From positions 1,816,414 through 1,880,413 of the forward strand of contig CM119269.1 in assembly GCA_051294375.1 (NCBI GenBank): 64,000 nucleotides of DNA. The letters are read 5' to 3'. This document shows, piece after piece, positions 36,229-48,033 of this stretch. Positions within the stretch are counted from its first letter, which is position 1, and each line of letters opens with the position of its first letter. The position numbers and the translations under genes are program-made. The notes below the pieces were generated by a model. That model had not been told where the DNA came from and searched no databases. It was given only the letters and a program-made list of their open reading frames with translations. The DNA is from Paraspadella gotoi (Eukaryota > Animalia > Chaetognatha).

Positions 36229-39200
36229 AGATGATTTGATTGATGAAATTACCAATGCAATGGAAAAGAGAATTGTGTTCCGCGGTTGCGGGGACAAAGT
36301 CGTTAATTTTATTGTCAATATATTTTCTGGCTAATAAATAAGTTTTAATAGGTAAACATGACACCTCCCTAGGAACTGAATAAAATGATTATTATTTTCT
36401 CAGCCATGCAAATTATTTAATGCATGCAAATATTTCCAAAAAAGAGTTGTCTATAACTGTTTTTTACCTCTTTTTGATTAGAGGACTACTCACATTATTG
36501 TTAATATTATATATCTGACATGATAGTTTTTATCAGATTTGGGGTAAAAAATATTCCTTAGCATGCAGCGAAAAAAATTGATCCTTTATAAAGTAATTAT
36601 AAATATTTTTTTTTAGGACTTGTTTGATACTTGATTCTGAATAAACATTCCAAAAGTAAATAAAAATGATAACCTTGCTTATTCTCTACATTAACTTAAT
36701 AATAATAATAACTAAAAATAATGTCTAAACTCGTGTTTAATTTTAAGTTTTCATACCGTCCTTACAACTCTGCAGTGAAAAGACAAACGTATAATTTTTC
36801 GACGGAAAAGAGATCATAAAATTAGTGTGTGCAGCCTAAAACCGGTCATTCTCCGCAAAAAGCGACCTTTGAGAGCGAGTGACCTTTTGGCTAATAGTTT
36901 TCACGGTTTTAGAAAAAGAGTTTGTCTTCGTCGTGTATCTCGTTTCACACCTTCAGCCTTCATCCCTCAATGATCTCGACTGACTCGACCTCCACTTCAC
37001 TACGTCTCCCTCCCCCTCGAGGTGAGAGTCATATCCTGCGGCAGTAAGGCATCAGCGATTTTCACCTCCGGGCTTCGCCCCCTCTCTCTCTCTTCTCTCA
37101 TCTCTCTCTCTCTCTCTCTCTCTCTCCTCCTCCATCTCTCTTCTCCCTTCCTTTTGCTCTCTCCCTCCCCCTCAGGTCTTGAGAGATTCTGGCAGGTGCA
37201 GCAGATTCCTCCACCCCTGGGCTCGCCTCCTTTCTCTCTTCTCTCTCTTCTCTTTCTCCTCTTCACTTTTCTCTCTTCTCTCCCCCTTACTGCGAGGTTG
37301 AGAGATCTGGGCAAGTAGGCACGGATTTCTCGACCCCGTGGCTCGCCTCTCGCTCTCTCTCTCTCTCTTCTCTCTACCCCCCCCGGTAGGTGAACACGTG
37401 AATTCACACTGGGCAGCTGAGGCACAATTCGTAACCCAGGCCTCGCCTTCTCTCGTCTCTCTCTCCATCTCTCGTTGCGCACGCCTCTGCGTCTCCCCAC
37501 CCCTCGAGTAGCCGGTGGCAGAATCATCTTTACACGTAGCTCGTAAGAGATTAATTCTGGCAGTGGGCAACGAATTTCTCCCCCACATGAACCTCGCCTT
37601 GTCTCTCCCCTTCTATCTTTCCTTTCTCTCTACCCTTCCCCCCCTCGAGAGTGAGAGATTCTGGGGCAAATTTCAAATTAAGTCCTTTAACCTTTTCTTA
37701 TAGACAGTGGGCATCCAGATTCTCCCCCCCCTGAACTTCAGCACCCTATTCTCTCTCTTTAACTACTATTACCCTTTTTCTCTCTCCCCCCTCTCGAAGG
37801 TGAGGAGGCACTGTACTGGGCAAAGTGGTGCCGGGGAATCGGTCCCCACCAAAAGGCTCGGCAAACTTCCTCCCCTCTCTCTCTCGTTTTCTCTTCCACT
37901 TCATACTAAACTAACCCACATATGAGAACCCCCGAGAGGAGAAGATTCCCAGGCACAGAGAAAATTTGATTTATATAAAAAAAAAAAAAAAAATTAATAT
38001 CTAATCCGAAATCATGACGGCCCAAGTTGAGACCTAATCCCTAAAGCAATTTTCTCACCACAACCGGGACTTGCCAAAATATACCAATTCCCCGACTACT
38101 GCTCTCATCCCTACCTACCCCATAAACCCCCCCGTTGAAATTTTTTGTGGTGAGATGTGTTGATTACTCAGTGGCTTATTCTGGCCCACCGGGGCCGCCA
38201 AAAGAAAAAATTAACCAAACCCCGAATTGTTCACCACACCGAAGACTCGTAACTATAATCAATCGGTCAATAGCCCTTTTCCGTGCTAGCCGTCGATCTT
38301 CTTCTCGTCTTCTTCTCCTCCCCTGCTTCTCTCTATACTCTCTCCTTTCTCTCTCTCCCCCCTCTCACTAAGGTGAATTGAGTTGTAGCTGTGGTCGGAA
38401 GTGGGCCACGATTCGCACCAAGGGCTCGCTTTCTCTCTACATCATCTCTCTCTCTCTCTACTCATCACATCCCATTTATCTCTCTATCTCCCCACTTAAT
38501 CATCGACGGAATCATTAAACACGAGGAATCCACNNNNNNNNNNNNNNNNNNNNNNNNNGCTCGGCCGAAGTACGACGTTGACATGGAGTCGCACGAATTG
38601 AATTCTATCTGTCAACATGCATCGGCCACCGCGTCCTACCAGCTCGACCGGAGTCTGCATGTCGTCGGCACCGTTGACTCCGTCTATTCTTCGTACTGTC
38701 TATCTTCGTTACCGTCTATCTTAACCGTCTACCTTATCTTATCTTATCTTATTCTTATCTTATCTTTTCTTATCTATTATCTTATCTATCTATCTATCTT
38801 ATCTATCTATATCTTATCTCATCTCCTTACTCTTATCTCTTAGCCGTCTATCTATCGTACCGTCTATCTCGTACCGTCTATCTTCGTACCGTCTATCTTC
38901 GATCGAGTCCCTGCTTGGACCTTGTCTATAATTCAACTTCTTCGGAGCGTTCATCTTAATTTTTTTATATTTCGGGTTTCGATTAAAAAACTGGATAAAA
39001 GGGATTTGGTGGTCAGGCAAAGTTTTGTGGTTTGACCAACGACGTTGAGTTCCTCCTTTTATTTCTGCCTCAACGATTTTAACGTAAATTTAGAATTATA
39101 ATTTGACCAGTTAAGGTGAAATGCTTAAATTTAAATTTATTATCAGAACAAGGACAAGAGAAGTCGGTGTCAATTTTGAGACAGAGTGGAATCAAAGCAG

Positions 39201-39891
39201 AAAAATCTCCGAGAGGAAGAAGAACTTGCACCTCTTCCCATAGATCAGGTTCTTTCCGAAATATTTCACAGAAAGATGATACACAAGCAAAACCCTTGGA
39301 AAAAACAGTTTTAACACAAACAGGAGATTCGCTTTATAGCAATTCAATGGCAACGCAAACTGCAAAAGTCGACAGGTTCTACCTAACTTTTCCAATTTGA
39401 TTTTTCGATTCCTAGCTTGGTTGCTCGATTCCTGCTTGCTTGATTCCTGCTTGCTTTCTCTTTCAAATATTGGGAATCTGTTTTGGTTCTTGCGAGTCCA
39501 ATATTTCTCTTTGTTCTTTGACGAAAATATTTCCGAATGAAATTTATCTTTCGTCGAGATAACGTATTCGTCTCTCTATGACTTTTTATTTTCATTCCTT
39601 TTCTTTTTCATTCTTTGAATTTTAATTACAGCATTTCAAATTTAACAAAGGCTAATCGAGGCTCCGCTTTCCTTCACAAAAACCATGTCGGTTAAATTCC
39701 CGGTTCCATTCTATTTTTTTTTTAAACTTTCATTATTAAAAATTTATATCAATTTATAAGTAAAACTTGAGAAACCTTTTCAAAGAACAAACAAAACTTG
39801 TCTCCTTTTCTTCGTCATTTTTCCGCTTTCTGCTTTTCAAATGTTTTCGCCCCATTTTTCTTCCATTTCGGCTCCCGTTTTTTGAAATTCT

Positions 39892-39955
<64 letters not shown>

Positions 39956-40120
39956 CTATCCTCATTCTCATAACTCTATCTTTATCTCTCCTCCCTCTCT
40001 CATCGTTTACAAAAAATGTGGACCGACCGACCGCGTCAGCCTTTTAGCGGCGAAGACCCAAGCGCGAGGAAAGGCAGTGGAAGTAATCAATATCACTTTT
40101 GCCCGCGGGCCCTTCTCATG

Positions 40121-40169
<49 letters not shown>

Positions 40170-40211
40170 ATGTTCCTTTTCAATCTGTTTCCATTTTCTA
40201 TCTTCCTTATT

Positions 40212-40254
<43 letters not shown>

Positions 40255-40256
40255 TT

Positions 40257-40327
<71 letters not shown>

Positions 40328-41740
40328 ATGTTCCTTTTCAATCTGTTTCCATTTTCCTATCTTCCTTATTCTTTCTCTCTCTCTCTCTCCTCTCCTCCTC
40401 TCTCTCTTCTCTCTCTTCTCTTTCTTTCTCTCTCTTTTCTCTCTCTCTCTCTCTCTCTCTCTAATGTTCCTTTTCAATCTGTTCCATTTTCCTATTTCCT
40501 CTCTCTTATCTTTTCCTACTATTTCTTTTACTTTCCCCTTTCCCTCTTACTTTTTTCATATTTCCTTTTCTTTTTAGCCTATTAGACAAATTTACTTTCA
40601 TTTTTTCCTATTTCTATTTTCCAATCTCCTTTTTTTCTTTTCTTTAATTCTTCATTCCCGTTTTCTAGATTCTTCTCTCTTCCCTCCGTCTCCTTTATCA
40701 GCGGAGTGAAAGCAATCCCGCCAAAGCCTCGCTCCTGCTCTCGCTCCTGCTCTCGCTCCTTGCCTCGCTCCTGCTCTCTCGAGTCTCGCCGATCCTCTGA
40801 TCCTCCTTCGCTCCACTCCTTCTGCTCCATATCCCGCTCCACTCCCTTTTCTTTACATAAGCTTTTTCTATTCCTCTTGTTTCCGATGTCGTGACTCGAA
40901 CAGAATAACAGTCTTTATCCGTTTATCGCGCGATGATGATGATGATGATGATGATGATATGATGATGATGATGATAGTGATGATGAGTGATAGATGATGA
41001 TGATGATGATATATACCATGATGGAAAAAGAATGGTCGCGTTTGCGAAAAGTCAGTTAATTTTATTGTCAAATATATTTCTGGCTATAAATAAGTTTTAT
41101 AGATAACATGACCTCCTAGGACTGAATTAAAATGTTATTTTCAAACAGCATAAAATTTATTAATTGCATGCAAATATTTCCAAAAGAGGTTGTCTATAAC
41201 TGTTTTTACCTCTTTTTTGATTAGAGGACTACTCACATTATTGTTAATATTATATATCTGACATGATAGTTTTTATCAGATTTGGGGTAAAAAATATTCC
41301 TTAGCATGCAGCGAAAAAAATTGATCCTTTATAAAGTAATTATAAATTATATTTTTTTGACTTGTTTGATACTTTGATTCTGATAATACATCCAAAGGTA
41401 AATAAAAATGATAACCTTGCTTATTCTCTACATTAACTTAATAATAATAATAACTAAAAATAATGTCTAAAAATTCGTTTAATTCTTAAGTTTTCATCCT
41501 TACAACTCTGCAGTGAAAAGACAACGTATAATTTTCGACGAAAAAGACATAAAATTAAGTGTGCACAGCCTAAAACCGTCATTCTCCGCCAAAAAAGCGG
41601 ACCTTTGAAGCGAGTACCTTTGGCTAATAGTTTTCCGGTTAAGGAAAAAGAGTTTGTTCATTCGTCGTTGATCTCGTTTCACCTTCAGCCTTCATCCCTC
41701 AATGATCTTCGACTGGACTCGAAACCACTTCTCACGTCCT
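34114..41740. repeat. Direct duplication of a multi-kb block (~34114-38530 vs ~38559-43960)
   Basis: Both copies start GCTCG..GAAGTA(A)CGACGTTGACATGGAGTCG and are collinear. Differences are mostly 1-bp indels, and the junction is an N gap. Confidence 0.85.
37010..38430 (+). repeat. Degenerate/low-quality copy of the hairpin-(CT)n array
   Basis: Recognisable CCCCTCGAGGTGAGAG...GGCAGT...CTCGCC units that become progressively corrupted. Confidence 0.7.
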
Positions 41741-41911
41741 CCCCCCTCGAGGTGAAGGAGATTGGGCAGTAGGCACATTTTCACCCCGGGCTCGGCCTCT
41801 CTCATCTCTCTCTCTCTCCTCTCTCTCTTTCTACTCTCCCCCCTGCGAGGTGAAAATCTGGGCAGTAGGCACGATTTTACCCCTGGGCTCCCTCTCTCTC
41901 TCTCTCTTCTC

Positions 41912-41942
<31 letters not shown>

Positions 41943-42001
41943 CCCCCATCGAGGTGAGAGATTCTGGGCAGTAGGCACGATTTTCACCCGGCTCGCCTCT
42001 C

Positions 42002-42032
<31 letters not shown>

Positions 42033-42083
42033 CCCCCTCGAGGTGAGAGATTCTGGGCAGTAGGCAACGATTTTCACCCCGGC

Positions 42084-42136
<53 letters not shown>

Positions 42137-42187
42137 TCCCCCTCGAGGTGAGAGATCTGTGCAGTAAGGCACGATTTTCACCCCGGG

Positions 42188-42229
<42 letters not shown>

Positions 42230-42278
42230 CCCCCCTCGAGGTGAGAGATTCTGGCAGTAGGCACGATTTCACCCGGGC

Positions 42279-42329
<51 letters not shown>

Positions 42330-42465
42330 CCCCCTCGCAGGTGAGATATCTGGCATAGGCACTTTCACCCCGGGCTCGCCTCTCTCCTCTCTCTTCTCTC
42401 TCTTCTTCTCTTCCCCCTCGAGGTGAGAGCTTCTGGCAGTAGGCCACGATTTTCACTCCCCGGGC

Positions 42466-42505
<40 letters not shown>

Positions 42506-42553
42506 CCCCCTCAGAGTGAGAGATTGTGGCAGTAGCACGATTTTCACCCGGGC

Positions 42554-42598
<45 letters not shown>

Positions 42599-42650
42599 CC
42601 CCCTCGAGGTGAGAGATATCTTGGCAGTAGCACGATTTCACCCCGGCTCG

Positions 42651-42685
<35 letters not shown>

Positions 42686-42835
42686 CTCTCCCCCCTCGAG
42701 GTGAGAATTCTGGCAGTAGGCACGATTTTCACCCCGGGCTCGCCTCTCTCTCTCTCTTCCTCTCTCTCTTTTCTCTCCCCCTCGAGGTGAGAGATTCTGG
42801 GCAGTAGCACGAATTTCACCCCGGGCTTGCCTCTC

Positions 42836-42866
<31 letters not shown>

Positions 42867-43174
42867 CCCTCGAGGTGAGAGATTCTGGGCAGTAGGCACG
42901 ATTTTCACCCGGGCTCACCTCTCTCTCTTCTCTCTCTCTCTTTTCTCTTCCCCCCTCGAGGTGAGAGATTCTGGGCAGTAGGCACGATTTTCACCCCGAG
43001 CTCGCTCTCTCTCTCTCTCTCTCTTTCCTCTCTCCCCTCGAGGTGAGAGTTCTGGCAGTAGGCACGATTTTCACCCGGGCTCGCCTCTCTCTCTTCTCTC
43101 TCTCTCTCTCTTTTCTCTCTCCCCCTCAAGGTGAGAGATTCTGGGCAGTAGGCACGATTTTCACCCCGGGCTCG

Positions 43175-43218
<44 letters not shown>

Positions 43219-43271
43219 CCCTTTGAGGTGAGAATTCTGGCAGTGGCATGATTCTCACCCCTGGCTCGCCT

Positions 43272-43302
<31 letters not shown>

Positions 43303-43901
43303 CCCCCTCGAGGTGAGAGATTCTGGGCAGTGGGCACGATTCCACCCCAGGCTCGCCCTTCTCTCTCTCATTCTCCTCTCTTTCTCTGTCCCCCTCGAGG
43401 TGAGAGATTCTGGGCATGTGGCACAATTCTTACCCCAGGCTCGCCTTCTCCCTCTCTCTCTCTCTCTCTCTTTCTCTCTCCCCCCCTCGAGGTGAGAGAT
43501 TCTGGGCAGTGGGCATGATTCTTCCCCCTGACTCGCCTTCTCTCTCTCTCTCTCTTTCTCTCTCCCCCCCTTTGAGGTGAGAGTTCTGCGCAGTGGGCAC
43601 GATTCTCACCCCAGGCTCGCCTTCTCTCTCTCTCTCTCTCTCTCTCTCCCCCCCTCGAGGTGAGAGATTATGGGCAGTGGGCACAATTCTCACCCCGGCT
43701 CGCCTTTCTCTCTCTCCTCTCCTCTCCCCTTTAGGTGAGAGATTCTGGGCAGTTGGGCACGATTCTCACCCGGCTCGTCTTTTCTCTCTTCTCTCTCTCT
43801 CTCCTCTCTCTTCTCTCTCCTCTCTCCCCCCTTTAGGTGAGCAGATTCTGGGCAGTGGCACGATTTCCACCCCCCCTGGGCTCGCTCTTTCTCTCTCTTC
43901 C

Positions 43902-43938
<37 letters not shown>

Positions 43939-43945
43939 CCCCTTA
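41740..43945 (+). repeat. Tandem array of about 24 conserved ~55-bp hairpin-forming units separated by variable (CT)n tracts (period ~90 bp)
   Basis: Consensus CCCCCTCGAGGTGAGAGATTCTGGGCAGTAGGCACGATTTTCACCCCGGGCTCGCC plus 25-50 nt of CT repeat. Confidence 0.95.
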
Positions 43946-44242
43946 ATCATCGACGGTATTTCGAGGATCCGACGTCATTAGTATTCGTCCGACGTCGTGC
44001 GAGTTGTTGTTGTTGTCGTGAGAATTGCGGCGATTCTTCGATTTCGTATCTCCGTTTAGAAAACAATGAAAAAGGGCGCACCAAGCCTTTCGCGAACGCG
44101 AATCTTTCGCTCCCTACAAAGCTACTCGGTCAACTGCGCCACATCGCGCGGTTGTTGTCGTTAAATCGTCGTCGTCATCGTCGGCAACCAAAAAAAAAAC
44201 GAACCTTTGGACATTGAGAGAAAGAGAGAGAGAGAGAGAGAT

Positions 44243-44273
<31 letters not shown>

Positions 44274-45619
44274 GCGAGAGAGAGAAAGGGACCGAGTAGG
44301 AGAGTAGAAAGAATCAAAGTGGCATGAGAGAAAGAGAGAGAGTAGACCGAGAGAGGAGAGAGTCGTTACAGTTTACGCTGCGTTTTCGAAGGGGAAGACA
44401 GAGAACGGAAGTGGGCGTGGTTCGAGGCGGAGAACTCGAGGAAGAAAAGAGAAAGGAAATACAGTTTTGGTTCCCTACAGTTAATTGCGTTTGGAATCGA
44501 TTCGACAGATTACAAAAGCGACTCCCGACTTGTTTCCCAAAAATTCCTTTTTTTTTCATGATGATTTTGGTGATTTCGCCCTTACGTTGAGACCTTCGGC
44601 CAAAGTCATCGAAAGCCAGAGAGTAAAGTACAAACCGTCATTTTTATTTTATCAGTCTCGGTTTCGAGTGACATTTTTCGTGGAATGCGCATGCGCAATG
44701 CGCATCCCAATATTTTTTGAGAAGCCTTTTAGATATTATGAGGCTCTCATTAATGATTTTCTTACAGAAATGAAGTGTAATATATATTTAAAAAACTAGG
44801 GCAGGATGATAGATGCTATAGATGTATGCATATTGCATATCTCCCTATAACAACCATCTCCCATTAATAATATAATATTTTCAGATTTATAAAAAACGAA
44901 AATTATTAAAAAATAATAATAATGATAAAAATAAAAAAATATAGAATTTGTAATATATATTATTAATGAATTTTATAAAATCTAATACTTAAAATAGTGA
45001 AACAAGTAATTTTGCAATTTTCATAACCAGAGGCCTAGAAATTAAAACGTCCAACTCAATTTAAATTAAATTTCATTATCTGTTTAAACGCATTGTTTTT
45101 CAATTCTCCTTCTTCTTAACAACTGTGTATTTTTTGACGTGTTTTTTTCCCATTTATTCTAGTGAGGCGACTTACCACCATTTTTCTGTCTTTCCTTTTC
45201 TAATTTTCTTTACTGTCCCCAGTTTTTCATTTTCTATTTTTTTATTCAGTTTTACAACCTCTTCATTTTTACTCTCACTCTAATTTCTTAACCTTTTTCT
45301 TTTTCGTCTAGACTTTGCGTGAAGCAGGGAAAGCACGTTCAACTTAGATTAGCCTCATCTCACGCGCATGCGCGACTGTCAGTTTCGTTAAAAAATTAGC
45401 TCAACAGTAAAAGCGCATGATTCAATTATCACGATGAGTAAAATTGATTATGATTAAAATTGTATTCAGAGACAAAAGGAAGGAATTTTATTTGAAAATA
45501 CATATATATACATATATAATTGAAATTCAAAGTTAGCAAAAGTTACAAGAGATGATTCGAATTTTTTTATTCCGCGCTTAATCAAACTTTTGTATTGAGA
45601 ATTGCACTCTCTCTCTCTC

Positions 45620-45670
<51 letters not shown>

Positions 45671-46192
45671 CTCTCTCTTCTCTCTCTTTTTTTTTCTCTT
45701 TTTATAATTTTACGTCTCCCATTTTACAAATTTGGATTTCTCCCGAAAACAAAAAAAAAGAGTTTTTTTTTTTTTTAAATTTCATTTCTGAACCCGCGAC
45801 TTTTGCTTTATTTAAAAATATGCGAAACCAACGGAACAAAAATCAAAACTTGAAGAAAATGCGGAAACCAGAGATAAAAATAGAAAAAAAAAGAGAAAGA
45901 GGGAGAAGAGATAGAAAGAGAGGGAGAAAAAAAGAAGAAAAATAAAAAGAAAACGTGGCAGAGAAAGAGGAGAGAAGGAGAAGACCAAAATTGTGGGTTC
46001 ACTATTTGAAGCAATTTCTTCCGGCGCCAGAAAAAGACTCGTGACATTTAAGCTTTTCACAAGTCACCTACTCTCTGCCGCTTTCCAAGTCCTAAAAATA
46101 TATTTATGAAAGAAAAAATCCTTCCATTCTAAGATTTATTTTACTTCTAATTATGTATATATAATATAATATAAAAAATTTAAAGTCTAATA

Positions 46193-46413
46193 TAGAACAA
46201 AGTTTGAAGAGAGATTTAACAACGATTTTTATTTCATTTTATTTTTGTATTTATTTTTTTTTTTATTTTTATTTTTATTTGAATTGGCGCTGAAGAAGAC
46301 TCGTATGTGAGTCGAAACATGTCCGTTTCACTATGAAATAAAAATCGTTGTTAAATCTCTCTTCAAACTTTGTTCTAAATCAAATCACAACGAAACAGAA
46401 AGGAAAAAAACAC
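46193..46413 (+). mobile_element. Truncated Penelope-like retroelement insertion (partial inverted pLTR)
   Basis: Perfect 45-bp inverted repeat (46193-46237 / 46333-46377) around a hammerhead core and AATAAA. Flanked by direct repeat AAAGTCTAATATAG at 46182-46195 and 46414-46427. Confidence 0.75.
46281..46330 (+). ncRNA. Minimal type I hammerhead ribozyme motif
   Basis: CTGAAGA (46290) + A + helix II GACTC/GAGTC + GAAA + palindromic ACATGT + C, giving cleavage triplet GUC at 46321-46323. Short helix I GGCG/CGTT. Confidence 0.75.
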
Positions 46414-47988
46414 AAAGTCTAATATAGTAAAGCAAGTAATCTTGCATTTTTTTATATTCATTTATAAATCGTAATGAAAATGTTTTCAAATAATATGACT
46501 TCACCATATCTGGCTTTTCCTCTCTGCTCACAATTCAACCGCGCTTTTTCCCTCCCGCTGCAGCACCTACGTGGCATCTTTTCATCTGTTGCGGCAAATG
46601 TGTTGTAGCTCGTTCAACTTTGTATGGTGGGATTCTTCCTCGGCGCCAAGGCTGAAAAAACCTCAAAGGGGAAAAAGGAGGAAGAGAAAAAAGAGAGAGA
46701 CGAAAATCACGGAAAAACTTAATGAAAAAAAAAAAAAATCGGAATTTCAATATGACAGTCGACGCCTCGAGCTCTGCTTTTTTTTATATTATCTTCCAGC
46801 TTTCTCTCACTTTTTTTTAATATCATGGAAATTTAATTAACTGGAATTAATAACTTTTTATATCAGCTTTTTTGCTATGATGCTCTGTATGTTTCTTGAG
46901 AAAAGTAAATCGTTGTTTTTCATTGTCTCGACTTCTTGATATGACTTTTTCCTTTGGGTCGATTTATTTCATAAAATAAAAAAAATAAATACATAGCGAT
47001 CATCAGATTTTTTTCTCTAAAGGAAAGAAAGAGAAAAAGTGGAGGAAAGAAAGAGAAAAAGAGGAGGAAAGGAAAAAAATGGAATTGGTGACAATTTCTT
47101 TAATCAATTCACATTCTTCTATTTTTATCTTTTCAAAGAAAATTCTATTCCTTCTCTTTTATCCTTTGATTAAATTTTTTCTTTTCTTTCATCCATCGTT
47201 ATTTTGTCATTTCTCTCTTTTTATGGATGTTGGAATGGTGTCATCAACGCAATGTAATATTTTAAGTTGTTCATGGAATTACTTGAATTTAAAGATTTAA
47301 ATTTAAATTTAAATAGATTTCCGATTTTAATATTTTACATTCAATTTGAAAGAAATTAGCACCTTTGAGCTTTTGAAAGTATGAGATTATTTCGAAATGT
47401 AAAAAAATAGCTATTAATTTTATGAGAAATATGTACTACATACTTACTCTGAACAAACTAGACGACGGATACAATCTTCGCTTCTCGATTCGAGTAATGA
47501 GGGAAAACCCAACTAGAAAAAATATTTTATAAATTAATATAAATATAAATTAATATGTCTTACTACGCTCGGTCTCCTTCCCTTAATCTGTGTCTCTATC
47601 TCCCCTTTCATTCTCCCTTTTTCTCTGACCTTTCAATGAGACAAATTTCTCTCTTTTTCAAATCCAAAAAAAAAAAAGAGAATCTGTGTTCCATCGATCC
47701 GAATTTCTTTTCTATTTCTCTCTTTTGTCGCGATTTATGGGGAGAAATAAAACCGTTTATTTCGCAATAACATCCGGGGATTACGAAGCGACGGGCGGGG
47801 TGAGGAACTTGGGGGGAGGGTGGCAGCGGGGTGATGGAGGTGAGTCCATGAAGGGTGAGGAGAAAACGGGGCTTTTGCGAATCAAAGTCTGGGGCGGCGT
47901 CGAATTTATTCATTCTTCGCTTCTTTCGCTGTATGGACGTCGTCCTTCTATATTATTCGGTTGCTCTTTGCGAGCGGATGGAAACAGG

Positions 47989-48033
<45 letters not shown>

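Noticed and set aside
34114-41740. Biological segmental duplication
   Set aside because: The copies differ mainly by scattered 1-bp indels and meet at an N gap, typical of an uncollapsed long-read overlap. Treated as a probable artefact.
41740-43945. CRISPR array (conserved palindromic repeat with variable spacers)
   Set aside because: Spacers are only (CT)n microsatellite, not unique sequence. There are no cas genes and the context is a eukaryotic intron.
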